From: Bacteroidales bacterium
GTDB lineage: Bacteria > Bacteroidota > Bacteroidia > Bacteroidales > UBA12077
Reading direction: 5' to 3'
Length of the DNA stretch: 64,000 nucleotides
NCBI GenBank assembly: GCA_028282585.1
Contig: JANQHR010000062.1
Location: 1-64,000, forward strand
Made by a program: the position numbers and the translations under genes. Shown here piece by piece: positions 11,751-21,865 of this stretch. How positions within the stretch are numbered: the first letter of the stretch is position 1; the number at the start of each line of letters is the position of its first letter. Under the pieces are notes generated by a model. That model was not told the DNA's origin. It was given only the letters and a program-made list of their open reading frames with translations, and made no database searches.

Positions 11751-12044
11751 TTAGTATTCTCCTTTTAAAAATTCATTTAATTCGTTATCCAACTCTTTCA
11801 ATTCTTCTAAAACAGGTGATGCTTCTACATTTGTGTCACACTCAATAACCTTAATCACATATTGTAAAGCTGCCATAGCCAAGAAATCTTGCGTATCTTT
11901 ATCCGTATATCTTTGTTTATATTGCAAGACCTTCTCATTTATCATTTTTGCTGCCTTACGAATTTTCTCTTCATCTTTTCTATCTATTTTTAGTGGATAA
12001 TATCTATCAGCAACATTAACCCTTATTGATAATTTATCTTCCAT
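11751..12044 (-). CDS. zapA: Cell division protein ZapA
   Basis: IRVNVADRYYPLKI..EEKIRKAAKMINEK..QDFLAMAAL. Confidence 0.9.
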   Translation of the reverse strand: MEDKLSIRVNVADRYYPLKIDRKDEEKIRKAAKMINEKVLQYKQRYTDKDTQDFLAMAALQYVIKVIECDTNVEASPVLEELKELDNELNEFLKGEY

Positions 12045-12058
12045 TATCTATTCAGATT

Positions 12059-12358
12059 CTATCTGTTTAAAAGAGCAATACATTTGTCGATCTCCCGCAC
12101 AATTCTATTTATCTTTATTTTTGCATCGTGGCTATCGCCCGTTGATGCAACAAGACTTTTTGCTAATTTAAGCTTATTATGTTTATTTTTCAAAAAGTCA
12201 AGTTCTGCTTCTTTATTTTTTAGTTGAGTATTATAATCTTCTATTTGTTTTTTTAATTCAGTATTTTCTGCTTTTAAATTATTGTACAAAGATAATAACT
12301 TTTTAACCTTATCCTTTAAAGTAATTACAATATCTTTTTGTTCAACTTCCATAAACAT
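12059..12358 (-). CDS. ZapB-like coiled-coil protein
   Basis: Short heptad-rich protein ending REIDKCIALLN, directly upstream of zapA. Confidence 0.7.
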   Translation of the reverse strand: MFMEVEQKDIVITLKDKVKKLLSLYNNLKAENTELKKQIEDYNTQLKNKEAELDFLKNKHNKLKLAKSLVASTGDSHDAKIKINRIVREIDKCIALLNR

Positions 12359-12375
12359 TTAATTAAAAGCAAAGG

Positions 12376-12383
12376 CAAAATTA
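12376..12383 (-). promoter_or_regulatory. Bacteroidota -7 promoter element
   Basis: TAATTTTG on the minus strand upstream of the zapB-like/zapA operon. Confidence 0.5.
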
Positions 12384-12446
12384 ATATAGCTAATGTTATT
12401 TTAAAAATATTAATTACGTATTTTTATTATAAAACAAATTAAATTT

Positions 12447-12454
12447 TAGATTTG
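12447..12454 (+). promoter_or_regulatory. Bacteroidota -7 promoter element
   Basis: TAGATTTG upstream of the M23 peptidase gene. Confidence 0.45.
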
Positions 12455-12504
12455 TTGTTTTAAAACGTACATACTAATTAACCTGTATAAATTTATATAA
12501 AATA

Positions 12505-14220
12505 ATGCAATATAAAAAGTCCGGTCTAATAATTTACTTAATTTCAATATTCTTAGCAACATTTGGTCAAAATAATAATCAAAATATAAATTTTGCATCT
12601 CCGGTTGATATACCTATATTTTTATCCGGTAACTTTGGAGAAATAAGATCAACACATTTTCATGCTGGTATAGATATAAAAACACAAGGAGTTATTGGAA
12701 AGAAAATCTATGCTGTTGAAGATGGATTCATATCAAGAATTAAAATTTCTATTAACAGTTACGGGAAAACCCTTTACATTACCCATCCAAATGGTTACAC
12801 TACGGTTTACGGACATTTAAATAGTTTTATACCCGATATTGATTATTTTATTAAGAATCTTCAATATCAAAATGAAGAGTTTGAAATAAATTATTTTCCA
12901 AAACAAGACCAATTCGTTGTTAAAAAAGGTGACCTAATAGGATATTCTGGAAATACAGGAAGTTCTCTTGGCCCTCATCTGCATTTTGAAGTTCGCGAAA
13001 CTAATAATCAAATTCCTGTTAACCCTTTACAATTTAACTTCGACATAAAAGACAATCTTCCTCCTGTTTTATATCATATATTTGTTTACCCTTTGGGCAA
13101 TTCAAGCCATATTAATCAAAATAGACAAAAGAAAAGCTTTAAGCTCAAAAAGCATAATGGAACATATTCATTAGTAGATACAAATAAGATTTATTTATCC
13201 GGACAAATTGGATTTGGTATTGAAATGTATGATTATTTAAATGGCTCAAAGAATCGCTGCGGAGTCCATACTTTATCACTTTTTATTGATAGTCTTTTAA
13301 TATACCAACATGTTATTAATAAATTTTCGTTTTACGAAGCTAGTTTTGTTAAAGGACATATTGATTATGCAGAAAAAGTAAGGTCAAAAAAAACTGTTCA
13401 GAAAATGTTTATATCTCCAAATAATAAACTAAGCATTTATAAAGCCAATAAAAATAAAGGAGTATTTACTTTTCAAGATGATACCACTTACAAAATACAT
13501 CTCATAGTAACCGACACTTATGGGAATGAATCAGAGTTGAATTTCTATGTAACTGGGAAAGAGCCAAATCTTGAATATGATGAATTAATCTCGGATAATG
13601 GAAAACTAATGAATTGGGATCAGGAAAATTTATATGAAAATGATGAGATAAAAGTTCAAATACCGAAAGGGGCATTGTTTGATACTCTTTATTTTAAATA
13701 TTCATCAAAACAACCCGAACTTAAAGCCTACTCCAGTTTACACCAAGTACATAACATATATACACCGGTATTAAAACCATATTCGCTTAATATCAAAACC
13801 AAGAATTTACCTGCCGAATTAAAGGAAAAGGCATTTATTGCCGAAATTCAGGATGATGAGATAAACTCCATTGGAGGAGACATAATAAATGGATATATTA
13901 CCGGCCAAGCAAGATCATTTGGTGATTTTGTTGTTCTAGTTGATACTGTATCACCTATAATTAAACCATTATCAGATTTTAGTAACTTGCAAAATGAAGT
14001 AATAAAATTTAAAATTACTGATAAATTAACAGGTATTAAATCATTTAATGGTTACATAGATAATAAATGGGCTCTTTTCGAATTTGATCAAAAAAATGAT
14101 TTACTATTTTATACAATTGATACAGCTAGAATTGAAAAAGGAATTGAACATGAACTGGAGTTATTTGTAATTGATAATTTGGACAATATATCAACCTATT
14201 ACACCACTTTTTATTGGTAA
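12505..14220 (+). CDS. M23 family metallopeptidase
   Basis: Signal peptide; HAGID, YGHL, GPHLHFEVR. Confidence 0.9.
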   Translation: MQYKKSGLIIYLISIFLATFGQNNNQNINFASPVDIPIFLSGNFGEIRSTHFHAGIDIKTQGVIGKKIYAVEDGFISRIKISINSYGKTLYITHPNGYTTVYGHLNSFIPDIDYFIKNLQYQNEEFEINYFPKQDQFVVKKGDLIGYSGNTGSSLGPHLHFEVRETNNQIPVNPLQFNFDIKDNLPPVLYHIFVYPLGNSSHINQNRQKKSFKLKKHNGTYSLVDTNKIYLSGQIGFGIEMYDYLNGSKNRCGVHTLSLFIDSLLIYQHVINKFSFYEASFVKGHIDYAEKVRSKKTVQKMFISPNNKLSIYKANKNKGVFTFQDDTTYKIHLIVTDTYGNESELNFYVTGKEPNLEYDELISDNGKLMNWDQENLYENDEIKVQIPKGALFDTLYFKYSSKQPELKAYSSLHQVHNIYTPVLKPYSLNIKTKNLPAELKEKAFIAEIQDDEINSIGGDIINGYITGQARSFGDFVVLVDTVSPIIKPLSDFSNLQNEVIKFKITDKLTGIKSFNGYIDNKWALFEFDQKNDLLFYTIDTARIEKGIEHELELFVIDNLDNISTYYTTFYW

Positions 14221-14230
14221 AACTTTAATT

Positions 14231-16003
14231 ATGAAAAAAAGAACACTATTTACCTTAATCGCAATTATTCTTGGAATTTGGTATTCATGTACATCTTCCA
14301 ATGGAAACCCTGAGATAACAAAAGAAGAATTATATAATCATATTAAGTTCCTTGCAAGTGATTCTTTAAAAGGAAGATATCCAGGCACGCCTGAAGATAA
14401 GGTAGCTGCATTATACATTGCCAATGAACTTAAAAAAGATGGCTTAGAACTGATGTTCAATGAAGGTTTGCAAACCTTCGAAATAAGTGGAGGTATAAAA
14501 GCCGGTCCTAATAATCATTTATCTATCAACACAGTTGAATTCAAGTTAGGAGAAGATTTTATTCCCGTTGTTTTTAGTAAAAACAAATTTTTAAAAGCAG
14601 AAGTTGTTTTTGCAGGATATGGGTTCTTTATTAAACAAGGTGATTCGAAATGGAACGATTATAAAAATATTGATGTAAAAGATAAATGGGTTTTAATACT
14701 TCGAGGAGAACCTAAAAATCCTGAAACGGAATTTTCGTTTTCTATGTATAGCGGACTTCGTTCAAAAGCAATTACAGCTAAAGATCAAGGTGCTGCAGGA
14801 GTAATATTTGTTTCAGGAGAAAGATTCGATGAAGGTGATGAACTTTTAACACTTTCAAAACCTGAGGGAGAAATTGATATTCCTGTAATTCAAGTAAAAA
14901 GGGATATTGCTAATCATATTTTAAAGAAACATGGTAAAACTATCAACGAAATTGCATCAAACATAAAAAATGATCATAATTCTTTTTCAACAGAGGTTAC
15001 CTTAAATGGACAAACAGAATTGATGGTTGAAGAAAAAGAAACTTTTAACGTTGTTGCAAAGCTTATAAATGACCCAAAACGTGAATACATTATCATTGGT
15101 GGGCATTATGACCATTTAGGATTTGGAGGGCAGGGAACGGGCACCCGAGCCCCCGGAGTTAATGAACCGCATTATGGTGCAGATGACAATGCATCTGGCG
15201 TAGCATCCATGTTAGAAATTGCCGAAAAACTTTCGAACAAGAAGGATAGTTTATATTACAACTACCTTTTTATAGCCTTTGGTGCTGAAGAAATGGGATT
15301 AATTGGTTCCAAGTTTTTTGTTAATAATTTGCCATTCCCGGATAGTTTGATAAAAGCTATGATAAATTTAGATATGCTTGGAAGAATGAAGGTAGACAGA
15401 AGTCTCCAAATTAGTGGTGTTGGAACATCTGTTGAAGGAGAATCTATTTTAAATGATTTAAACTCAGGTTATAATTTTAAGCTTGGTTTTTCACAAGAAG
15501 GATATGGACCATCCGATCATTCATCTTTCTATTCAAAAGATATACCTGTATTTTTCTTTTCTACAGGAGCGCATATTGATTATCACACGCCTGGGGATAG
15601 TCTTGGAAAGATAAACTTTCCAGGTCTTTTAGAAGCATCAAATTATATTTATGATTTTACGTTGGAGATTTCAAATCCGGATCAAATGATAACTTTCCAG
15701 GAAGCAGGACCTAAAATGCCTAGTGGCAACACAAGAAATCAAAAACTAAAAGTGACATTAGGTATTATGCCAGATTTCTCAGGAGTTGAAAAAAGAGGAT
15801 TAAGAGCTGATTTGGTGATTAAGGATAAACCTGCCGATAAAGCAGGAATGTTATCGGGAGACGTTATTATAGCAATTGATGGATATTCGGTTAGTGACGT
15901 TTATGAGTATATGGAAAGACTGTCAAAGCTAAAAACTGGTCAGATTATAACTCTGGAGGTAATAAGAGATGATCAAAAAGAAGTATTAATTGTACAATTG
16001 TAA
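14231..16003 (+). CDS. M28 family peptidase with PA and PDZ domains, lipoprotein
   Basis: GGHYDHLG, GADDNASG, GAEEMG, SDH, DYH; C-terminal PDZ (LGIMPD). ATG 14231 gives a lipoprotein signal (WYSC). Confidence 0.9.
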   Translation: MKKRTLFTLIAIILGIWYSCTSSNGNPEITKEELYNHIKFLASDSLKGRYPGTPEDKVAALYIANELKKDGLELMFNEGLQTFEISGGIKAGPNNHLSINTVEFKLGEDFIPVVFSKNKFLKAEVVFAGYGFFIKQGDSKWNDYKNIDVKDKWVLILRGEPKNPETEFSFSMYSGLRSKAITAKDQGAAGVIFVSGERFDEGDELLTLSKPEGEIDIPVIQVKRDIANHILKKHGKTINEIASNIKNDHNSFSTEVTLNGQTELMVEEKETFNVVAKLINDPKREYIIIGGHYDHLGFGGQGTGTRAPGVNEPHYGADDNASGVASMLEIAEKLSNKKDSLYYNYLFIAFGAEEMGLIGSKFFVNNLPFPDSLIKAMINLDMLGRMKVDRSLQISGVGTSVEGESILNDLNSGYNFKLGFSQEGYGPSDHSSFYSKDIPVFFFSTGAHIDYHTPGDSLGKINFPGLLEASNYIYDFTLEISNPDQMITFQEAGPKMPSGNTRNQKLKVTLGIMPDFSGVEKRGLRADLVIKDKPADKAGMLSGDVIIAIDGYSVSDVYEYMERLSKLKTGQIITLEVIRDDQKEVLIVQL

Positions 16004-16006
16004 ACT

Positions 16007-16828
16007 ATGAAAAAGACATTATTTTGGACGTTAGCCATAATTATAACGTTAGCATCAGCCTATTATCAGCGAAAAACGGGACCGACTTATCCTAAGAATG
16101 TCGAGGTAGAACTTGAAAGCGAGATTGTTAAATTTAAACTACCAAGAAGTGGAGATTCAAATAAAGATCAGGAAATTAAAATTCCGCTTCAAGATAAATC
16201 CTATAGAGTAATATTGAATTATCGCCGTTATCCAATAAATGAACCTTTCCAAATGACTGATTTTGTGGCAGAGGAAGAAAATCTTGTTGCCTTTCTTCCA
16301 AAACAACCACCCGCAGGTAAATTAGAGTATTATCTCGTTTTTAAAGATTTGAGTAACAATATTATTTTTGAAACTGAACATGCAATTATCAGATTTAAAG
16401 GTAGTGTACCAGCTTGGGCTTTAATTCCGCATGTTATTTTCATGTTTGTTGCTATGCTATTATCCAATATTGCAGGCCTTTTTGCTATAGGTAAAATGGG
16501 AAAACATGTTTTATACGGTAAATTAACTTTACTATTACTTTTAATTGGAGGTTTAGTATTCGGACCCATTATACAATATTATGCATTTGGTCAAGCATGG
16601 ACCGGTGTACCATTTGGATGGGATTTAACTGATAATAAAACATTAGTAGGAGTTCTATTTTGGTTGGTAGCAGTTTTAAGCAATAGAAAGAACCCAAAAT
16701 ACAGATATACTATAATTGCTTCTATAGTATTGCTAATTGTTTATATCATTCCGCATAGCTTATTTGGATCAGAATTGGACTATGAAACTGGTAAAGTCGT
16801 GACAGGATTTATAAAACTATTTTTCTAA
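16007..16828 (+). CDS. Integral membrane hypothetical protein
   Basis: N-terminal hydrophobic segment and about 4 C-terminal TM helices; 3 nt after the M28 gene. Confidence 0.75.
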   Translation: MKKTLFWTLAIIITLASAYYQRKTGPTYPKNVEVELESEIVKFKLPRSGDSNKDQEIKIPLQDKSYRVILNYRRYPINEPFQMTDFVAEEENLVAFLPKQPPAGKLEYYLVFKDLSNNIIFETEHAIIRFKGSVPAWALIPHVIFMFVAMLLSNIAGLFAIGKMGKHVLYGKLTLLLLLIGGLVFGPIIQYYAFGQAWTGVPFGWDLTDNKTLVGVLFWLVAVLSNRKNPKYRYTIIASIVLLIVYIIPHSLFGSELDYETGKVVTGFIKLFF

Positions 16829-16836
16829 AATAAAGA

Positions 16837-16861
16837 AAGCAGGACTGGAGTAGTCCTGCTT
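16837..16861. terminator. Bidirectional intrinsic terminator
   Basis: aagcaggact-ggagt-agtcctgctt between convergent genes. Confidence 0.75.
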
Positions 16862-16884
16862 AAATTTCTTTTTCACTTTCTAGC

Positions 16885-17118
16885 CTATTCCTCAGGAGCT
16901 TCTTCAGCTTCTTCAGTTTCTTCAGCAACTTCTTCCGCTGGTTGAGTTGTATCAGCAACTTCTTCCATTGCTTCTTCAATTTCTTCAGCGGCCTCTTCCA
17001 TTTCTTCTTGTACCTCTTCTACTGCTTCAGCAGCTTTTTCTTTCATATTTCCACAAGAATAAAAAGCTGTAAAACTTACAAGAGCTAAGGCTACCAGTAA
17101 TAATTGTAATTTTTTCAT
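16885..17118 (-). CDS. Small acidic low-complexity lipoprotein
   Basis: Signal ending FYSC; Glu/Ala-rich mature part; TATTTTTG promoter motif at 17156-17163. Confidence 0.8.
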   Translation of the reverse strand: MKKLQLLLVALALVSFTAFYSCGNMKEKAAEAVEEVQEEMEEAAEEIEEAMEEVADTTQPAEEVAEETEEAEEAPEE

Positions 17119-17233
17119 GTTGTAATTTGATTTAATTATAATTTAGGATTCCTAACAAAAATAGCAAAATATTTAAAAAATCAATACGTTAACAATGGTT
17201 TTGTTTTTTATTTTTTTGTTAATATATCGATAA

Positions 17234-19288
17234 TCAATAATCAAATTTAACATTAAATCCAGCCTTAAACCACCTGCCTGGCATTGCTATATTTCCTATA
17301 TCTGAATACGACTTATTAAGAATATTACTGGCTTCTGCAAATACATTAACAATACTAAACCGGTAAGAGATTTTAGCATCAAATAACCAATAAGGATCAA
17401 ATTCCTGATCACCAATATAATCATTTATGTTAAAATCATATTTTAAATAACTACCTGCTCTATCTTGATACCTGAACGACCATAGAAGTTTTAAATTTTT
17501 ATAAATAGTTTGATTTAAATTAATTATCAAATTATGCTTTAAGTAATTTAAGGAGTATTTAGTATCAAAATTATTATTGTCAGTTGAAGCTTCCTGATCA
17601 ATAAAAGTGTAATTTAATCGGATATTATCTACAGTATATTTGTTAAGATTTATCTTGTTATTAAAAGTAAATCCATTAGTTTTAACGTTAGTTAAGTTTT
17701 GTGTTTCCCATTTAAGATTTTCATCTGCCGAAATATCACGTACCCATTCAATAACATTACTAGCATCTCTTAAAAAATAACTCAAATGTGATTGCAGTAT
17801 TTTATTATTATATTTTAATCCTCCTTCAAAGCTCCATGCTTCTTCCGGTTTTAAATCAGGGTTCCCTACGTTACTTGGTCCATTATAATATAAATCTGTA
17901 AAGGTCGGTAGTCGAAGAGATCTGTTTGCTGTTAAAAATAATCTAAAATAATTTTTAAAACTGTAACCTAAATCTACGCCCGGATATATATTAAAATCAA
18001 AATTATTGGTTGATACCCAACTTGCTAACACTCCTGCCGACATACTAAATTTTCCTATAAAGACGGTTTGCTCCAAAAAGTAATTTGATATGGTTCTTGA
18101 ATAATTTCTTGAATAAAATCCATCCGGTTCACCAATTGCATTGATTGTATCATTCATTGATTCTCCCAAAACATTACTCCAAATGTTTTCTGAACGTAAC
18201 TCAGCACCAAAAGAAGTAGTCCCAAGCTTTGTAGTAATTCGTGAATCTAATTTAATACCATAAACATCGGTTAAGTGATAATTATGTCCCGAATACCAGC
18301 TTGCCGGTTCGTAACGAAATAATTCAAATCTATCCTGATGCCTACGAAAATATACCGATGGTATTAATTTTATTTTATCTCCTGTTTCAAATTTTAAACT
18401 GGTAAACGTAGTTTTAATTTCTTCAAATTGATCAGGATATTCCGGAGTATAAAAACTATTCGCCCCAAACTCCTTATTTGTATAACCTATCTGGAAATCG
18501 ACATTCCCATTTTTTGAATTAAAATTTGAATTGTAATATACATTATATTGACGGAAGTCTGTATTTTCTGTATATCCCTTACTTTCTGATCTTGAAACCG
18601 ATAAAAAATGTTTTGTGTTTCCTAATTTATAAGAACTGGTAAAATTTCCTGAAAATAATCCAAAATCTCCAGCCGTAAATCCAACTTTGGTATAATTCTG
18701 TTCTGATTGATTTGTGATGATATTAATTGCACCGCTAAATGCATTAGGGCCAAAAACTCGCGAACCTGGTCCCTCTAAGATTTCTATTCGCTCTACGGAA
18801 TTTAGGTCGATTGGAAGGTTTAAACTATGATGTCCTGTTTGAGGATCTGTAATGTTAACGCCGTTTAGAAGAATTAAATTTTGGTCAAAAGATCCGCCTC
18901 TTATACTTATATCTGATTGTATACCATTTGCTCCTCTCTGTCTAATGTCTAGTCCTGAGAAATTTTCAAGCAACTCATCAACACTTTGAACAGGCATTAG
19001 TTTTATTTCATCGTCATTAATTACGGTCACCATCCTGGATAATTGCGAATATATTATTGGGGCTTTTTGGGCACTTACAACGACTTCTTCTAAATCAAGG
19101 TTTTTTGTTATAGTTGTATCTGTTTGGCTTAAAACCTTAATTGGAAGTAAAACAATTGTGTATGACAATGCTAAAGTTGTAATTTTTATTATTTTCTTTA
19201 ATGAATTAAAAACAGAATAGCTTTTTCTGTTCCAACGTTTAAATACTAAAGTTGAGTTTTCTGATTGTGTTTTAAATTGAGTTTTCAT
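17234..19288 (-). CDS. TonB-dependent receptor
   Basis: LEEVVVSA TonB-box-like motif, plug ERIEILEGPGSRVFG, NPDLKPE, aromatic C-terminus; TAAATTTG promoter motif at 19319-19326. Confidence 0.92.
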   Translation of the reverse strand: MKTQFKTQSENSTLVFKRWNRKSYSVFNSLKKIIKITTLALSYTIVLLPIKVLSQTDTTITKNLDLEEVVVSAQKAPIIYSQLSRMVTVINDDEIKLMPVQSVDELLENFSGLDIRQRGANGIQSDISIRGGSFDQNLILLNGVNITDPQTGHHSLNLPIDLNSVERIEILEGPGSRVFGPNAFSGAINIITNQSEQNYTKVGFTAGDFGLFSGNFTSSYKLGNTKHFLSVSRSESKGYTENTDFRQYNVYYNSNFNSKNGNVDFQIGYTNKEFGANSFYTPEYPDQFEEIKTTFTSLKFETGDKIKLIPSVYFRRHQDRFELFRYEPASWYSGHNYHLTDVYGIKLDSRITTKLGTTSFGAELRSENIWSNVLGESMNDTINAIGEPDGFYSRNYSRTISNYFLEQTVFIGKFSMSAGVLASWVSTNNFDFNIYPGVDLGYSFKNYFRLFLTANRSLRLPTFTDLYYNGPSNVGNPDLKPEEAWSFEGGLKYNNKILQSHLSYFLRDASNVIEWVRDISADENLKWETQNLTNVKTNGFTFNNKINLNKYTVDNIRLNYTFIDQEASTDNNNFDTKYSLNYLKHNLIINLNQTIYKNLKLLWSFRYQDRAGSYLKYDFNINDYIGDQEFDPYWLFDAKISYRFSIVNVFAEASNILNKSYSDIGNIAMPGRWFKAGFNVKFDY

Positions 19289-19494
19289 GTTAAAATATTA
19301 TATTAATTAGTAAGCTTGCAAATTTACGTAAAATGCGTTTGAACTAAATTATACCTGTATATTACAAAACATTTTTAGAAAGGTTTATTTAGTTATATGG
19401 TAATTATAATTTGCTTTAGAAGCAATCATGTTTTTTAATAAATTACAATCGTCATGCAGCGTTAACTTTAAGTTAACGTCTTTTTAATGGAAAT

Positions 19495-20067
19495 ATGAAT
19501 AAACAGGAAAGTATATACATGAATATCCATCAGGATATTATAGACCGGTGTAAATCGGGAGAGCAAAAGGCACAGTTTCAATTATATAAACTGTACTACA
19601 AAGCAATGTACAATACCTGCTTGCGCATTGTAAATGACAGTCTCGAGGCTGAAGATATTATGCAGGAATCGTTCTTAAAAGCGTTTGAAAAAATAAATTT
19701 CTATAAAGGAGAAGTAAGTTTCGGTGCCTGGTTAAAGAGAATTGTAATAAACCATTCTTTGGATGAATTAAGAAAGCGTAGGTTAAATACTAACTCTATT
19801 GAAGATTCGGTATATGAAATAAAAGAAGAAACTTATGAAGACCTGGAAGAAATTGAAGTAAAAGCTGATGAAATTCGCGATGAAATACTAAAGCTTCCGG
19901 AAGGTTATAGAATAGTTGTTTCGCTTTACCTAATTGAAGGATATGATCATGATGAAATAGGTAAAATACTTAAAGTGAGTAGTTCTACATCCAGATCGCA
20001 ATTTGCAAGAGGAAAAAAGAAACTAATCGAAGGTTTGAAGAAAAAAGAAATTAAAAAAATAAACTAA
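19495..20067 (+). CDS. ECF sigma-70 factor
   Basis: AEDIMQESFLKAF, FGAWLKRIVIN (region 2); LPEGYRIV..EGYDHDEIG (region 4). Confidence 0.93.
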   Translation: MNKQESIYMNIHQDIIDRCKSGEQKAQFQLYKLYYKAMYNTCLRIVNDSLEAEDIMQESFLKAFEKINFYKGEVSFGAWLKRIVINHSLDELRKRRLNTNSIEDSVYEIKEETYEDLEEIEVKADEIRDEILKLPEGYRIVVSLYLIEGYDHDEIGKILKVSSSTSRSQFARGKKKLIEGLKKKEIKKIN

Positions 20068-20069
20068 AT

Positions 20070-20627
20070 ATGAAAAATCTAGATAAATTAATACAGGAAA
20101 ATCGTCAAAGTTTCGACGTGTTCGAACCTGGAGATGGCCATTTTGAAAGATTTGAAGCTAAGTTAAAAGAATTCAATACAAAGGAAAAATCATTTACATT
20201 TGGTTTTATACTTAGGGCCGCTGTTGTAGCGGTTTTAGTCGTTCTATCGGGGCTTTGGGTTTATGACAATTTTAGTTCAAAAAACCAAAAAGGAATCGCT
20301 TTAAGTGAAATATCTGAAGAATACGGCGAAGTTGAAATGTATTATACTCATTTGGTAAATCAGAAATACGAGGAACTTCATCAGTTTCAGTTCATGGACA
20401 GTACTCAAAAAGTAATGTTAATACAGGAACTTAGTCAAATGGATTCTATTTATGAAAATCTAAAAAAAGATCTAACTACAAATCCAAACGACCAACGGGT
20501 TATTAATGCCATGATTAGGCATTATCAACTTAAAGTTGAAGTAATGAGTCACATATTAAATCAATTACAACAAGCACAAGATATAAATAAACAAAAATCA
20601 GAAAACTATGAAAGCACCAATATTTAA
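20070..20627 (+). CDS. Putative anti-sigma factor
   Basis: EPGDGHFERFEAKL N-terminus, single TM helix, directly follows the ECF gene. Confidence 0.75.
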   Translation: MKNLDKLIQENRQSFDVFEPGDGHFERFEAKLKEFNTKEKSFTFGFILRAAVVAVLVVLSGLWVYDNFSSKNQKGIALSEISEEYGEVEMYYTHLVNQKYEELHQFQFMDSTQKVMLIQELSQMDSIYENLKKDLTTNPNDQRVINAMIRHYQLKVEVMSHILNQLQQAQDINKQKSENYESTNI

Positions 20628-21690
20628 ATCCGCTTTATTACTAATAACCGTCCAATTATTGGTAATAACCTCAGTATTCGCTCTGAGTGAAGAATTCTCT
20701 AAAAATTTGCAAAAAGATTTTGATGCAGATGAAAATACTCTCTTAGTTATTGAAAATAGGTTCGGAGATGTTGACATAAACAATTGGGATAAAGATCAAG
20801 TAACGATTGATGTTACTATTACAGTTGATCACAGAAATGAAGAAAGAGCTAAAGAACTTATTGATTATATTGAAGTTCATTTTAGTCATTCAGCTAATAT
20901 CATTAAAGCAGTTACAGATATTGATGATAGATTTAGCAGATGGAATTCATTTACATCAAGTGATAACAAAGAATTTAGTATCGACTACAAAGTAAAAATT
21001 CCAAAGAATATTAAAATTGACATTGAAAACCGTTATGGTAGCGTTTTTATAAACGAAATTGATGGTCATGCAAAAATTGCTGTTAAATATGGTAATTTAA
21101 AAGTAAATAAAATGACCAGAGGAAAAACAAAACCTTTTAATGAAGTTTATCTTGGTTATTCAAATGGAATAATTGAAGAAAGTAACTGGTTAAATCTTAC
21201 GTTAAGATATTCAAAGCTGGAAATTGAAGATGTAAGGGCTTTGATGGCTGCAACTAAATATTCAAAATTATATGTTGATAAGGCTAGTTCAATTGTTTGC
21301 GAATCAAAATATGATGAATATAGATTAGGGAAAATTACAAACTTTGTTGCCAGTTCAGGTTACACTGGATTCGATATTAATGAAATTTATAAAAAGCTTG
21401 AATTTGATAATCGATATGGGAGTATAGATGTAGATTACGTTGCGGCAGATTTTGAAAAAATCAGCATTGAAAATGAATATGGAAACATTGACATTGGTAT
21501 CGATCCTGGCGCATCTTACAACATAAAAGGTTATGCAAGATATGCTGATATTGATTACCCGAATGAAGGTAGAGTAAGTAGAATTAAGGAAAGTACCTCA
21601 TTACAAATTGAAGGTTTGGTGGGAACGGATAGTAACACTAAATCCTTTGTTGAAATACAAACAAAATACGGGAATGTGGATTTGGAGTAA
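20608..21690 (+). CDS. Secreted beta-repeat protein (DUF4097/adhesin-like)
   Basis: Signal peptide; repeated N/K-R/K-Y/F-G-x-V/I motifs. Confidence 0.7.
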   Translation: MKAPIFKSALLLITVQLLVITSVFALSEEFSKNLQKDFDADENTLLVIENRFGDVDINNWDKDQVTIDVTITVDHRNEERAKELIDYIEVHFSHSANIIKAVTDIDDRFSRWNSFTSSDNKEFSIDYKVKIPKNIKIDIENRYGSVFINEIDGHAKIAVKYGNLKVNKMTRGKTKPFNEVYLGYSNGIIEESNWLNLTLRYSKLEIEDVRALMAATKYSKLYVDKASSIVCESKYDEYRLGKITNFVASSGYTGFDINEIYKKLEFDNRYGSIDVDYVAADFEKISIENEYGNIDIGIDPGASYNIKGYARYADIDYPNEGRVSRIKESTSLQIEGLVGTDSNTKSFVEIQTKYGNVDLE

Positions 21691-21712
21691 CCCGAATATA
21701 ATAACCAGAGAT

Positions 21713-21740
21713 AAGAGATTGGAATTTCCAATCTCTTTTT
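21713..21740 (+). terminator. Intrinsic terminator
   Basis: aagagattggaa/tccaatctctt stem followed by a T run. Confidence 0.75.
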
Positions 21741-21865
21741 AGTTTATGCATGTTTATATAAAAACAGAATATTTACAACATGAGATAAACCAGGATTGAC
21801 AAAATTATTTTTTCTTTAATATTTTTTCATATCTTCGAAATTTAAACAACTCCTTTATTATAGCC

